Shown: piece by piece, positions 11,831-23,256 of the stretch
How positions within the stretch are numbered: position 1 is the first letter of the stretch
How the letters are laid out: the number at the start of each line of letters is the position of its first letter
Assembly (NCBI GenBank): GCA_044892525.1
Contig: CM097887.1
Coordinates: forward strand, 105,688,397-105,752,396
Source: Schmidtea polychroa
Taxonomy: Eukaryota
Reading direction: 5' to 3'
DNA length: 64,000 bases
Made by a program: the position numbers and the translations under genes
Notes under the pieces: generated by a model
Told to the model about the DNA's origin: nothing
Databases searched by the model: none
Seen by the model: the letters and a program-made list of their open reading frames with translations, nothing else

Positions 11831-14076
11831 TTTAATTTTATTCTTCATATAGAGAGAGATTTAGATACATGTTATATATGATGTATAATTAAAATATTAA
11901 AAAAATTATAATTTTAAACTAATTTACTAAAATAGTTCATAATAATTAATTTCTTATTAAAACAAATCACTATTCGAATTCTCAAAGGGAAAATAAAAGA
12001 TTTTCAATTATTAAAAACTGCGATTAATTTAATTATCAAATCTTATTTTCTTTATAAATTATTTTTAATAATGCACTTTTCCAATATAGCTCTACAAATT
12101 TTTATTTCTTAATTTAATAATCCCAAAAGGCATTTATTCAATTATCCGCAGAAAGCAGATTAAAACAATTCAGAAAATCCCAGTGATGCCAATCATTGAA
12201 AATTATTTTAATTAACAAATCTGATTTTCAGAGATTTTCGTTTTATTGATAAAATTTTTACTGTTTTGTAAATCATTTTCTTTTTATTTTCTGATGGATT
12301 TCTAATAAAAAAATTTATTTGATATTGAGATTATTCAAATCAGATTTATATTTGTGACTTTTATGACAATTTTAATAGCTTTTGGAAATTGAAATACTGG
12401 GGTAAATAAAATTCTAATTAAAATATTGAATTTATTTTGTTTAAACTGGTTGTATTTTTTTATAAATTTATTTACAATATTTTTTAGTTATGAATATATT
12501 TATATTTTTAATTTCTTTAATCTTCATTTGTTTTCAAATCAAAAGAAATCAGTTAAAGATCAAAATTTTTATATATAAAAATATTTTAGACAACCTTTGT
12601 CAAATTAAAAAATAAATAAATAAACGGAAAAAAATTATGAACTTTACTGATAAAAAGTAATTTTTATTAACAAATCTTAGATAAGCAAATTTTCGATGTG
12701 TGATCAAAATGAGACAAAATGTTTGGTGCATTTTTTAAAATGATTTGTTGAAATGTGGATTTTGTGAAAACTTTTAATGTATTTTGTTTTAATAAAGTCT
12801 TGAAAGTTATTTTAAATGTTTAACTTGTTTTTTAAATAAATTTTGTTTAAATATTGGTGCGTTACAGGTTATCTACATTTACACTTTTGTGCTGTTTCCA
12901 GTGTAATCCAGAATGCAAGCATGTTGTACCGCTCGATACCCGTTGAGTGACCAACGTTGATAATGTATCGAATGGGTGAGTGCAGCTAAAATTGAGTATA
13001 CCATTGTATGCTATTATTGGCAAGTACTCAAGGGGGCTCGCGGACTGTCGATTGAAGGCTTGTGTTCGACTTTCATGTAGATCCTTTTTCTCTGTGATCA
13101 CTTGTACCTAAGGTTCGGCTCCCTCCATGATATTACCATTTAATCAGTGGAAAGTCAGCATATCCCTGCTTTTTCAACTAAAACAACTATCTAAATACTC
13201 GAACAGATTTATTGAAATAAAACACGACATCATGCATTGTTTGTCTTTGATTGTGATCGGTTTTCTTGACCCGTGCTCGTTCAGCTTTTCCAGGACGTTT
13301 TTTCTTTTGGGTCGTGGGTCGTTCCTTGATTTTAACGAATTTTAGTCCTAAATTTTTCTATATATAATATTTGATATAACTAATGACAGAAGTTTGGTTT
13401 AGCATGTGCAATTTCTGAAATGATTTTCAATCCTTTGATAAGAATCATGATTGGGAATTTTAAATGGATAACTTATTTTCATGTTATAAATCTTTTAGTT
13501 ATTTAGACAAACTCGACCTTTCAAAGGATGGATTGCTTAAAACGAAAATTTACTTCTTGAAATAGTTATAATCGCTAAAATAAAACAAAACAAGTTTCTT
13601 CGATTTCTAATGAAATAGTTGTGTAATAAATACCATTCTTCCTTCTTTTTCATAGTATTTTTCATGAGAATTTCACATAAATCGGTGGAAATTTCGGTTA
13701 TTTCTGTGTTAATACTATTCTTTAGCTCGTAGTTATCGATGTATTTTCCTCATTATTAGATGCTTGATTTCTTGAATTAATTACATCCATATTTCAAAAA
13801 CAAAACAAAACTATATTTTTAAAAACAACTCATAATAATGATCTCATAATTATATAAAATCAAAATTCAAGCCTTAAAAGTTACTTAAATTAAAAAAAAC
13901 TTACTTGAAAACCATTTAAAAAATTGAATGAATGAAGTAAATAACTTCCCACTCTCATAAATGGTGATTCATCTACTGATGCACACACCAACGTGTATTA
14001 TAGAAACTTTTATATTTCGGATTTAGGTGTAGCGTTTTTCCCCCGCAAATTTACTTTAATTATCTAGACTCTAGAG

Positions 14077-14914
14077 CAGTGGTTCTTAACCGGGCCACCA
14101 GCGCCCCCTTGTGGGCGTTTTAAAAGTCTGGCTGAGCGTTTATACATTATCAACAATTATCAGCATCAACTAGATCAGTTTCCTTCATTACAACAATTAA
14201 AGCAAGATATGCTCAAGTATTCTGATTTGGAAAGATACTGTAGCCCCATTACCGCCCTTATTGAAGATATGATAATACAATTCAAAGACTTGCGTGAACT
14301 TTCAATACCGGATTGGATAATTAAACCATTTTTATCAGATGTAGAAAGTGTCAGTCAACATTTAAAAAAGCAGTTTATTGAGCTATAAAATGACTGTGAA
14401 GCTAAAATAATATTTAATCAATGTGATTATGATGCTTACAAGGTCCGTTTTCGCTATCAATACCCTGTTCTGTGGAAAGAGGTAAAATTACCCATCACAG
14501 CATTTCCTTCATCGTATTTAGTAGAAAGGGTTTTAGCGCAGTAACGTATATATTAAAAAAATTACGTAATCGATTAGAGATGAGCCAGAGAGAAGATTTG
14601 AGAATGTATTTAACTAAGCTTGAACCTAATATTACGAAAATAGAGCAGTCACATGAGGCTCAAGGATCTCATTGATTTTTGTAATGTAATTGATTTTATT
14701 GTATGTAATGTTTATATGACAATAAATACGTAATGTTTATAAACATGTGTTTTATTTATATTTCTTATACTTATTGTTTTAGAAAATCTATAGTATGAAA
14801 TACATGCATAGAGAAGAGTGTAATTTTAAAATTTCGTTTTTTGTGTGTGGGGGGCGCTGGGTGATTTTACTATGGTAAAGGGGACGATTCTTTCAATGTG
14901 GTTACGAAACACTG
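14077..14914 (+). mobile_element. Internally deleted Buster/SPIN-type hAT transposon
   Basis: TIRs CAGTGGTTCTTAACC / CAGTGTTTCGTAACC and a perfect 8-bp TSD CTCTAGAG (14069-76, 14915-22). Carries a frameshifted transposase C-terminus: WIIKPF...AFPSSYLVERGFSAV...KLRNRL...DLRMYLTKLEPNI...HEAQGSH. Confidence 0.92.
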
Positions 14915-14981
14915 CTCTAGAGGATAATTATAGTTTAATTAAATTTAATAAACCTAATTTTGAAAAAAACTTTTGATTCAG

Positions 14982-15354
14982 AATCTGACAGCTCTACAGA
15001 GAAAAAGAAGAAAAAACATCGTTAGATTTAATTATAAAATAATTTTGAATTTAACATTTCTTTAGATTTTCAGATATTTCTCAGGATAAACTGCCTTTTC
15101 GCGAAGGTGAAGATCTGACAATGTAAGATTTATTCATTAAATTGCAAAAAATTAAAATATTTTATAGTATAACAGATATGTCTTGTCAAGCGCTGCCTTT
15201 GTGTGAAGGTAGCATTTCAAATATTGAAGAATGTCCTTCGACATCTTTGGATTTGCCGAAAAAAATCGCAAATCGTAAATTTTAATAAATTATTATATCA
15301 AATTAATATTTTCATATAATTACAGAAAATGACAAAATTCGGCTTCTTTCCTAA
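14982..15354 (+). CDS. Spliced gene fragment of unknown function (four small exons)
   Basis: Exons 14982-15020, 15074-15122, 15168-15274 and 15326-15354 joined by 45-53 nt GT-AG introns in frame: ESDSSTEKKKKKHHISQDKLPFREGEDLTIITDMSCQALPLCEGSISNIEECPSTSLDLPKKIANQNDKIRLLS*. 5' exon not located. Confidence 0.55.
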
Positions 15355-15526
15355 TTGTATTAAAAAAATTAATGTCTTTGGTGATTACTTTATTTGTTTA
15401 TAGTTAAAAATATTTTTGACTTACATTATATCGAAATAATTCCAATTAATTTCATAAAATTCCTAAAAAAACACCTGAAATTTAATAAAAAAAAATTTAT
15501 ATTATAAATGCTGACTAAAAGTAATA

Positions 15527-17057
15527 CACCCAACTCTTTTTTTACACGGTCTTTTTTTACACGATTTTGAAATAACACGGTCCACAAAAAAGGAACAAAT
15601 CTTCTTTTTTTGCACGAAATATTCAGTTTAACACTATTTCCAAAAAAATTTTATGTTTTAATTTTGTTTTTATTGTTATTTTGACAAATATTTTTTTAGA
15701 AAATTTTACTTATATAAGAAAGTTTTAATAAACTGGTAATGTTATTTTTTTTAAATTTTAAATTTTTTACTTATTATTTTATTTTACTAAAGGAAATTTT
15801 AATAAACTGGTATTTTCCTGCAAAAATTATTATTTTTAAGAAGTTTTACTTACACAAGGAAATGTTAATAAACTGACAATGTTATTTTTTTTAGATTTAA
15901 AAATTTTTATTAAGTGTTTTTATTTTAATTTTTATTATAGCCGATTAATAAGATGCCTAAACGAACGAAAAATAATCGGAAGCGACAAGCGATTTCTTTG
16001 GAAACTAAAATAAAAATCTTAGACAGTCTTGAGAGAGGCGTAGGTCCCACATCTGTTGGCAAAGATTTTAGTTTAAGTGAAGTGACTATCAGAATTATAA
16101 AAAAAAGTGAGGATTTCATTCGACGATCAGTAATTTCTGGACCGAACATCAGTTCCAAAGCATCGTCATATAGCCGAAACATTATCTCGGAGAAAATGGA
16201 AAAAAGTTTAGTGGTTTGGATAGAGGATTTCCTGCAGAAAAAAATACCTATAGATGGAAAAATTATAAAGGAAAAGGCCCTTAGAATATACAAACGACTT
16301 CGGGAATTGGAGCCACCAACAAGTGTCAATGCAATAAAGACAATGACATTTAATGCAAGTGAAGGATGACTGACAGGATTCCTAAAAAGGCAAGCATTTC
16401 ATAATGTAAAAATAAAAGGAGAAGTAGCATCAGCAGATGAAAATGTTGCAAAGAGTTTTCCAGAAAAACTCATAAAAATAATTGAACACGGTGGCTATAC
16501 GCCAGACCAGGTAAAATTGCCCTCCAGGACCTACATTGCTAAATCAGAAAAATCTGATGGCGGTTTCAAAGCCGCTAAGGATCGAGTAACGTTTTTATTG
16601 TGTAGTAACGCATCTGGAGTTAAGATTTTAAAGCCACTGTTAATCAACAGGTCATTAATGCCACGAGCTTTGAAATGCAAGAATATTAAACAGCTGCAGT
16701 CCATTGGAAAGAAAGGCATGGATGACAGGAGAATTTTTTACAAAATGGTTCCAAGAATGCTTCGTTCCTGAAGTTCAAAAATATATGGAACAAAAGGGTC
16801 TTCAATTCAAAGTACTCTTGCACCCAGCCATTCTGTACTACACCATCCAAAACTTATATAATATGGTTTCAAGATTTACTATTTTTTTTGCACGGTTTTT
16901 TAGAACAACTAATGGTTCTTTTTTCTATTTTACACGGTTTTCTATAATTGTAGAACACATCCTCAATTTTACTATGGTTAACGTGTCTTTTTTTACACGA
17001 TTTTTTTATGCGATTTTCGTTCGAACGTATCTACCGAGTCAAAAAAAGAGTTGGGTG
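15527..17057 (+). mobile_element. Tigger/pogo DNA transposon with pseudogenised transposase
   Basis: TIR CACCCAACTCTTTTTTT at both ends with TA TSDs. 15953-16800 encodes HTH_psq (KRQAISLETKIKIL), CENP-B HTH, FNASEG*L (TGG>TGA), a deleted DETG motif, PSRTYIAKSEK..GFKAAKDRVT and AWMT; 3' part truncated. Confidence 0.92.
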
Positions 17058-17072
17058 TATTTAAGAACTTGA

Positions 17073-17226
17073 ATAATGATCTCATAATTATATAAAATCA
17101 AAATTCAATTCTTAAAAGTTACTTACAATTAAAAAGCTTACCTGAAAACCATTTTTAAAAATTGAATAAACTGGTGTGTACACCAACGTATATTATAGAC
17201 AATGTTTAATTTCGGAATTAGGTGTA
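17073..17226 (+). repeat. Direct duplication of segment 13833-14030
   Basis: AATAATGATCTCATAATTATATAAAATCAAAATTCAA...CTTAC(T/C)TGAAAACCATTT...ACACCAACGT(G/A)TATTATAGA..TTTCGGA(T/A)TTAGGTGTA occurs at both sites; a third partial copy lies near 17312-17347. Confidence 0.75.
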
Positions 17227-17545
17227 TAAAAACTTTTAACTTTCGGAACATTAAATTTTTACACGCAGGTAAGTTTTGTATTCCTCTATTATAATTTTAT
17301 CGATTTTTTTAGATTATAGAAACTGTTATATTTCGGATTTAGGTGTATAGGGTATATTTATTTTCATAATTTTCATAATATAAATATACCCTAAATATAC
17401 CCTATTAATTTCATGCATATTGCCGATGCATGTGAATTATCTTTCAAATAAGACTTACCTTCATAAAAATAATAAAGCGGTTTGATTAAATACATTTTTC
17501 ATTAAAAAATTCCAGGCAATTTAACTTTGCTTACAAGGTAGTGCA

Positions 17546-18148
17546 CAGGAGCGCTCCAAGCGGGTGTGCAACGCGTGCGTTGCACGCAGGCGGCGTTTGA
17601 AAGGGCGGCATATTTAAAAAAAAACCATTTACAAAAAAATTTCATTTTGTAAATTAAAAAAAATTACGACTATTTTGTCATTGAACACATCCATTGTGTG
17701 TGTGGTGTCATTGAACGCACTCCAGCTTAATTTTCATGTCTCCCATTATCTTGTCAAAGTCATTTAGTGTTTTAATTTTTGAATTAAATCAATATTTCAA
17801 GTTTTAAAATTTGTAAAAATCAATAAGAAATTTTTATGTAAAAAATATTAGAGATATACATTACAATTTTTTATATTAGAAAGCAGGATTATATTATAGA
17901 ATTTTTAAGTATAAATCAATGTTTTCTATATTTTTGTTGACCAATATTGTTGTGATGTACGTTAGGTATTTATTATTTGAATGATTTGCACCATTAGATA
18001 TGCCCGGAAGAAAAATTTAACGTTTATTTTTTATTCTAATTAAAATGTTATTTTTATGTTGGATTATAGAAATTTTTTTAAAGAAAGGATGGGGAGCGGC
18101 AGGAAATTATTTTGCACGCAGGCGGCCTAACTGCTCGGCGCACCTCTG
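17546..18148. mobile_element. hAT-type MITE
   Basis: Perfect 8-bp TSD GTAGTGCA (17538-45, 18149-56); imperfect TIRs CAGGAGCGCTCCAAGC / CAGAGGTGCGCCGAGC; subterminal TTGCACGCAGGCGGC repeated near both ends. Confidence 0.8.
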
Positions 18149-18578
18149 GTAGTGCAATAATTATTAACTGTACTGGTGTTGATACAATGGATAGTTTTTT
18201 AATTTTTCATTTTTATTATAAATTTTTATTAATTTAAATTATAAGTTGTAATAAAAAAATATTTGAAGTCTGTTAAATCAGATAAATTTTAATTTATTCA
18301 ATTTCATGGATTTTTCACGAAGACTGCAATTTTAATTTACGTGTAATCTGAGGACACAGCTACCATTTGAATAGGGCCATTTGTCTCTTAATAAATACTC
18401 ATAAAATTAAAAAAAATATTAAATTAATATTTTTAATTAAAATATCTCAATTTATTTATTTTAAACGTTTTCAATGACATTAATTTTGTTTAAATATTCG
18501 AAATATATTTTAAAAATATCACATATTGTTAAAATGGTAATTCTATTTTTATTTTGATAATTAAAAAATTTTTTAAAG

Positions 18579-20867
18579 CCACCCAAACGTAATATTGAAA
18601 TGGATAAAATACTTTCTCGAACGCTTGCTTCAAGCATGAAAGATGCAGAAGTAAAACCTTTTTTTAGATATTAAATAATCTATTCCTTTAAAGAAGTTAT
18701 TTTCTATCCAAGATGAAAACGAAATAAAAAGTTATATCAATCAATTACAATTCAGTGATGAAATTTTGCGTTTCGCTGGAATTTTATATAAAATAATAAC
18801 ATCTGATTCTAAGGTATCGATACCCGCCACAAAATGGTTAGAAATATTTATAAAAATAAAAACAATTGCAATTTTAAGTTCACCGGTTCTTCAAGTAATA
18901 AAGTAAATTTATTGATAAATGATTATTTGCCAATACAGAACATTTTGCGCCAGTTTGTCATTTACAATATGATGTGGCGGAAACCGTCCAAATATATGAA
19001 TGAAATATTAATCCAAATGAAACACGATGAAGCAATAATGAAATATAAAAATGATGAGGAATCTGACGACGAAAAAGAAAAGAAAATGTTGCTAGACGGT
19101 AAATGATTATTCTAAATTAATGTTTTCCTCTATCATAACAGAATATATTGCTTTTAATTGAGAAAAAAGTAGTATGAATGTGATAAATCTGTATATTTCT
19201 AGTCACTATGCCTGTAAATCATTTATTTAAGATCGATACCAATTATGGGAACACTATTCATATACCGCATTATGCAAAATAGTATGTAGCTACTCTATGA
19301 AATTGAACGATATCTTTCTTTTAATTTCTTACTTCAAATTTTGACCAAATGTTATATTAACCACTTATTGGTCCCCTAATTACCACTTTATATTGGTCCC
19401 CTAATTACACTTTATATTGGTCCCTATTTGTCACTTTATATTGGCCCCATTTGTCACTTTATATTGGCCCCATTTGTCACTTTATATTGGCCCCATTTGT
19501 CACTTTATATTGGCTCCATTTATATCAGTCCTCATTTGTCACTTTATATCAGTCCTCATTTGTCACTTTATATTGGCCCCATTTATCACTTTATATTGGC
19601 CCCATTTATCACTTTATATTGGCCCCATTTATCACTATATCAGTCCTCATTTGTCACTTTATATTGGCCCCATTTGTCACTTTATATTGTCCCCATTTAT
19701 CACTTTATATTGTCCCCATTTATCACTTTATATTGGCCCCATTTATCACTATATTGGCCCCATTTGTCACTTTATATTGGCCCCATTTATCACTTTATAT
19801 TGGCCCCATTTGTCACTTTATATTGGCCCCATTTGTCACTTTATATTGGCCACATTTATCACTTTATATTGGCCCCATTTATCACTATATCAGTCCTCAT
19901 TTGTCACTTTATATTGGCCCCATTTGTCACTTTATATTGTCCCCATTTATCACTTTATATTGTCCCCATTTATCACTTTATATTGGCCCCATTTATCACT
20001 ATATTGGCCCCATTTGTCACTTTATATTGGCCCCATTTATCACTTTATATTGGCCCCATTTATCACTTTATATTGGCCCCATTTGTCACTTTATATTGGC
20101 CCCATTTGTCACTTTATATTGGCCACATTTGTCACTTTATATTGTCCCCATTTATCACTTTATATTGTCCCCATTTATCACTTTATATTGGCCCCATTTA
20201 TCACTATATCAGTCCTCATTTGTCACTTTATATTGGCCCCATTTGTCACTTTATATTGTCCCCATTTATCACTTTATATTGTCCCCATTTATCACTTTAT
20301 ATTGGCCCCATTTATCACTATATTGGCCCCATTTGTCACTTTATATTGGCCCCATTTATCACTTTATATTGGCCCCATTTGTCACTTTATATTGGCCCCA
20401 TTTGTCACTTTATATTGGCCCCATTTGTCACTTTATATTGGCCACATTTATCACTTTATATTGGCTCCATTTGTCACTTTATACTGGCTCCATTTGTCAC
20501 TTTATATTGGCCACATTTATCACTTTATATTGGCCACATTTATCACTTTTTGTTGCTTTAGATAAAGTAGCAACTGTTATTGCTATTATAATTGAAATTA
20601 CATTTATTTATCTCAGAATCCGAAGATGAAGACTTAAATGAATCGATGGAAGATTCAAATGAAGAGGCATCAAATAGTGACGAAGACGAAGAAGACCTTG
20701 ATAATGTAGACAATGAAAAATCATTCTTTTTGGAAAATATGGAATCAGAGGTGTGACGATGATGTTATTCTTAGATTGAATTTTATTTGATTTTGTATTA
20801 GGATGATGAAGACGATGAAGGCGAAGAGTTGCCTATGGATAGTGATGAGGATGATGATGATGAATAA
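18579..20867 (+). CDS. Utp12/Dip2-domain protein with acidic tail (WDR43/UTP5-like), 3' exons
   Basis: Exons 18579-18650, 18694-18894, 18939-19098, 20617-20750 and 20802-20867 in phase: PPKRNIEMDKILSRTLASSMKDAEKLFSIQDENEIKSYINQL...KWLEIFI...ILSSPVLQNIL... then a D/E-rich tail ending MDSDEDDDDE*. Family call is by motif recall; exon structure is more certain than identity. Confidence 0.6.
19361..20548. repeat. Intronic 23-bp minisatellite (consensus TTT(G/A)TCACTTTATATTGGCCCCA), about 50 monomers
   Basis: Directly visible; includes 21- and 22-bp variant monomers; lies in intron 19099-20616. Confidence 0.97.
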
Positions 20868-20945
20868 AATTTATATATTTTTTGTTTTTTTGTCTATGAA
20901 GATTTTACACGTTCAGAACAATAATCCAATTAAATAATTAAGTAA

Positions 20946-22177
20946 TGGCTTGTATTTACACACGAAGGAGCTATGACAAAATTACCAAATTCAATAAATT
21001 ATTTATTGACAACTATTCATAATAATTAGAAACATTTCTATAAAATTTACAGAAGGATGAGTGAGTTAAATTAAAAGAAATACTAATGAAATTAGTGGTT
21101 TAAAGTGACTAATTCGCGATAACACCGAATACGACCAAGTGATAAGACAAAGCTGATGTTATCGTGATAAAAATAATTCCATCTAACAAAGTATGTGTAA
21201 AATGGTAGTGGTGGGTTGCAGATAATGTACATTTTAACCTTTCGTATGGTTTCTGGAGAAACCAGAGAATTAATTGTTTACTCTACCATCCGACAACCGT
21301 TGAGAAATCAATGTGTCACGTGGGGGAATACTCGGAAAAAGTGATGGTACATTTGAACATTATTGAAGAGCATTCGACTGATGAGGGAATGTTTATGTCC
21401 GACATTAAAAGATCCCATTATTCTATAATTTGTTAACGGTTATTGGGTTCCTTAGAGGGTAAAATATTAGTCTTATTCGTAAAAGACTCAAACGTAGACA
21501 AACTAGATTTATTCGGCATTGCATTTGATATGCCTTCATGATTATTTTACTTTATACTATCTGCGTACCCATGGCAACAATCATGTTGGTAATGTACCCA
21601 GTGACTGAAAATCAATGAGCAGATGAACTCCACTATGAGAACTCTCATTTCATTTTCGATCCTGGACTGCCGATAGAAGGTCTTACATCACTTTTCATTA
21701 TCTATCCATTCCTTAGATTATTGTCCATCCTTATTCAATTAGTTATTGTCCTTTTAACTGGATGTTTTTCTATGCTACTTTCGACGATTTTGCACAGGAA
21801 TCCGCCCTTATTTCTCAGTTCATAAATGTTGTCCTAGAGCAATTTAATCACAAGTGATTTTGTGTTGTGTTCTTTCAAATGAATTTTCCGTCGGTATTTA
21901 TACGGATTTTAGTTGTCCGCCTACACATTAATTACTACTATATTCAATCGGAATGCGGATAATTTTGATTTGCTATCCACACATACACGAGTGCATGCTT
22001 TTCACATTTAATTGATTGATTTAAACCATCGAACTATTTAATAATTTTATTGTTTATTTCATTTTATTATCTCTTAATCCATTTGATTGGAAATTTTTTT
22101 TTTAAATAAATTTTTCCTGTTTTTTCCTTAAATTCTGCACTCTTTGCCATAGCTCCTTCGTATGTAAATATGAGCCA
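20946..22177. mobile_element. PIF/Harbinger-like non-autonomous element
   Basis: ~35-bp TIRs TGGCT(TG/CA)TATTTACA(C/T)ACGAAGGAGCTATG(A/G)CAAA with a TAA 3-bp TSD on both sides (20943-45, 22178-80); no recognisable transposase inside. Confidence 0.65.
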
Positions 22178-22421
22178 TAACATCCCTTATTATTTTTATT
22201 ATGGTTCTTCATATGTAAATACGACCTAAAATCATTCTTAATCTTTTATATGATTAATTATTTATTTTATTTTCGAGTTGCAGAATTTTGAAGTGCGTTA
22301 TTTCTATTTTAATTATGTCGGTGATTGCAACTTCTCGTATTTCTCAACTTTATCATACGTGCTTTATTTATTCTCAATGTGTTTTGTACTTTACTTTGTA
22401 TTATTCGGTGTATTATCATAG

Positions 22422-22870
22422 GATAACCTCAGCCACCCAGGAAACAGGGCCACGTACGAAATAATCCATAATAAATACGTATATGAGTGCAAAAAAAAAC
22501 TTCGTAAAAACGTTCAAAAATTGCCAGATCAACAAAACATCAAAAAAGCTAACAACACAAAAAGTAAATTTTCCAATGACTCAACCATTTAAAATGGTAC
22601 ATATCGATATAGTAGGACCACTAGCACCTAACAACGACAATCACTACCTGCTTACCATAATAGACAGGAAAACAAGCTAGTTCGAAGTGGTCCCAATCAA
22701 AGAAATAACAGCAAAAAATATATGCAACAACTTAGAATTCAATTGGATAGCCCGCTACGGTCAACCAAAAACCATTGTCACTGACCAAGGAAGACAATTC
22801 GAATCACAGCTTTTCGAAATACTTTGTAAAAAATACATCATCAAAAGAAATAGAACTACTGCTTACAATT
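22422..22870 (+). mobile_element. Ty3/Gypsy retrotransposon integrase fragment (degenerate)
   Basis: LSHPG..ATY...CQINK (HHCC), VHIDIVGPL, YLLTIIDRKTS*FEVVPIK, WIARYGQPKTIVTDQGRQFES, RTTAYN; contains a stop and a frameshift; no LTR seen. Confidence 0.9.
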
Positions 22871-23256
22871 TATTAAACATATAAAAGGTTTGTTTTTCAT
22901 GATTAAATGATGGACACTTATCTTATTTCGATTTATTTTGTTAATCATTTATTATTTTTTCAATTTCCACTGATTATAAATACATCAGCAAAATAAATTT
23001 CTCTACAAAAAGTTTATTAATAAAAAGTGTCAATTATATTTGTGATAAAATTTATCAAGCAAGTAATAGATTTTTAATTTTTAATTTATTTTTATGATTA
23101 TCCAATTGTTTAAAATAAGCAAACCTATTTAAATAAATAAGAACGTCATATTTTAATTTTGTCAATCCTGAATTCAGTTATCAAATTAATTTGAAGTATA
23201 TAACTTTATTGAATTTCACGGTTACATTTTCTATTTTTATCATTTAGATTTATTTA

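Noticed and set aside
19361-20548. Possible CRISPR array
   Set aside because: Monomers are directly tandem with no unique spacers, the context is eukaryotic, and there are no cas genes.
19417-20629. Three overlapping 377-392 aa ORFs
   Set aside because: Stop-free translations of the minisatellite inside a well-defined intron; all three frames give the same repeated peptide.
21370-21415. CTGATGA...GACA hammerhead-like motif
   Set aside because: GACA instead of GAAA, weak stem II, and no stem I or III pairing.
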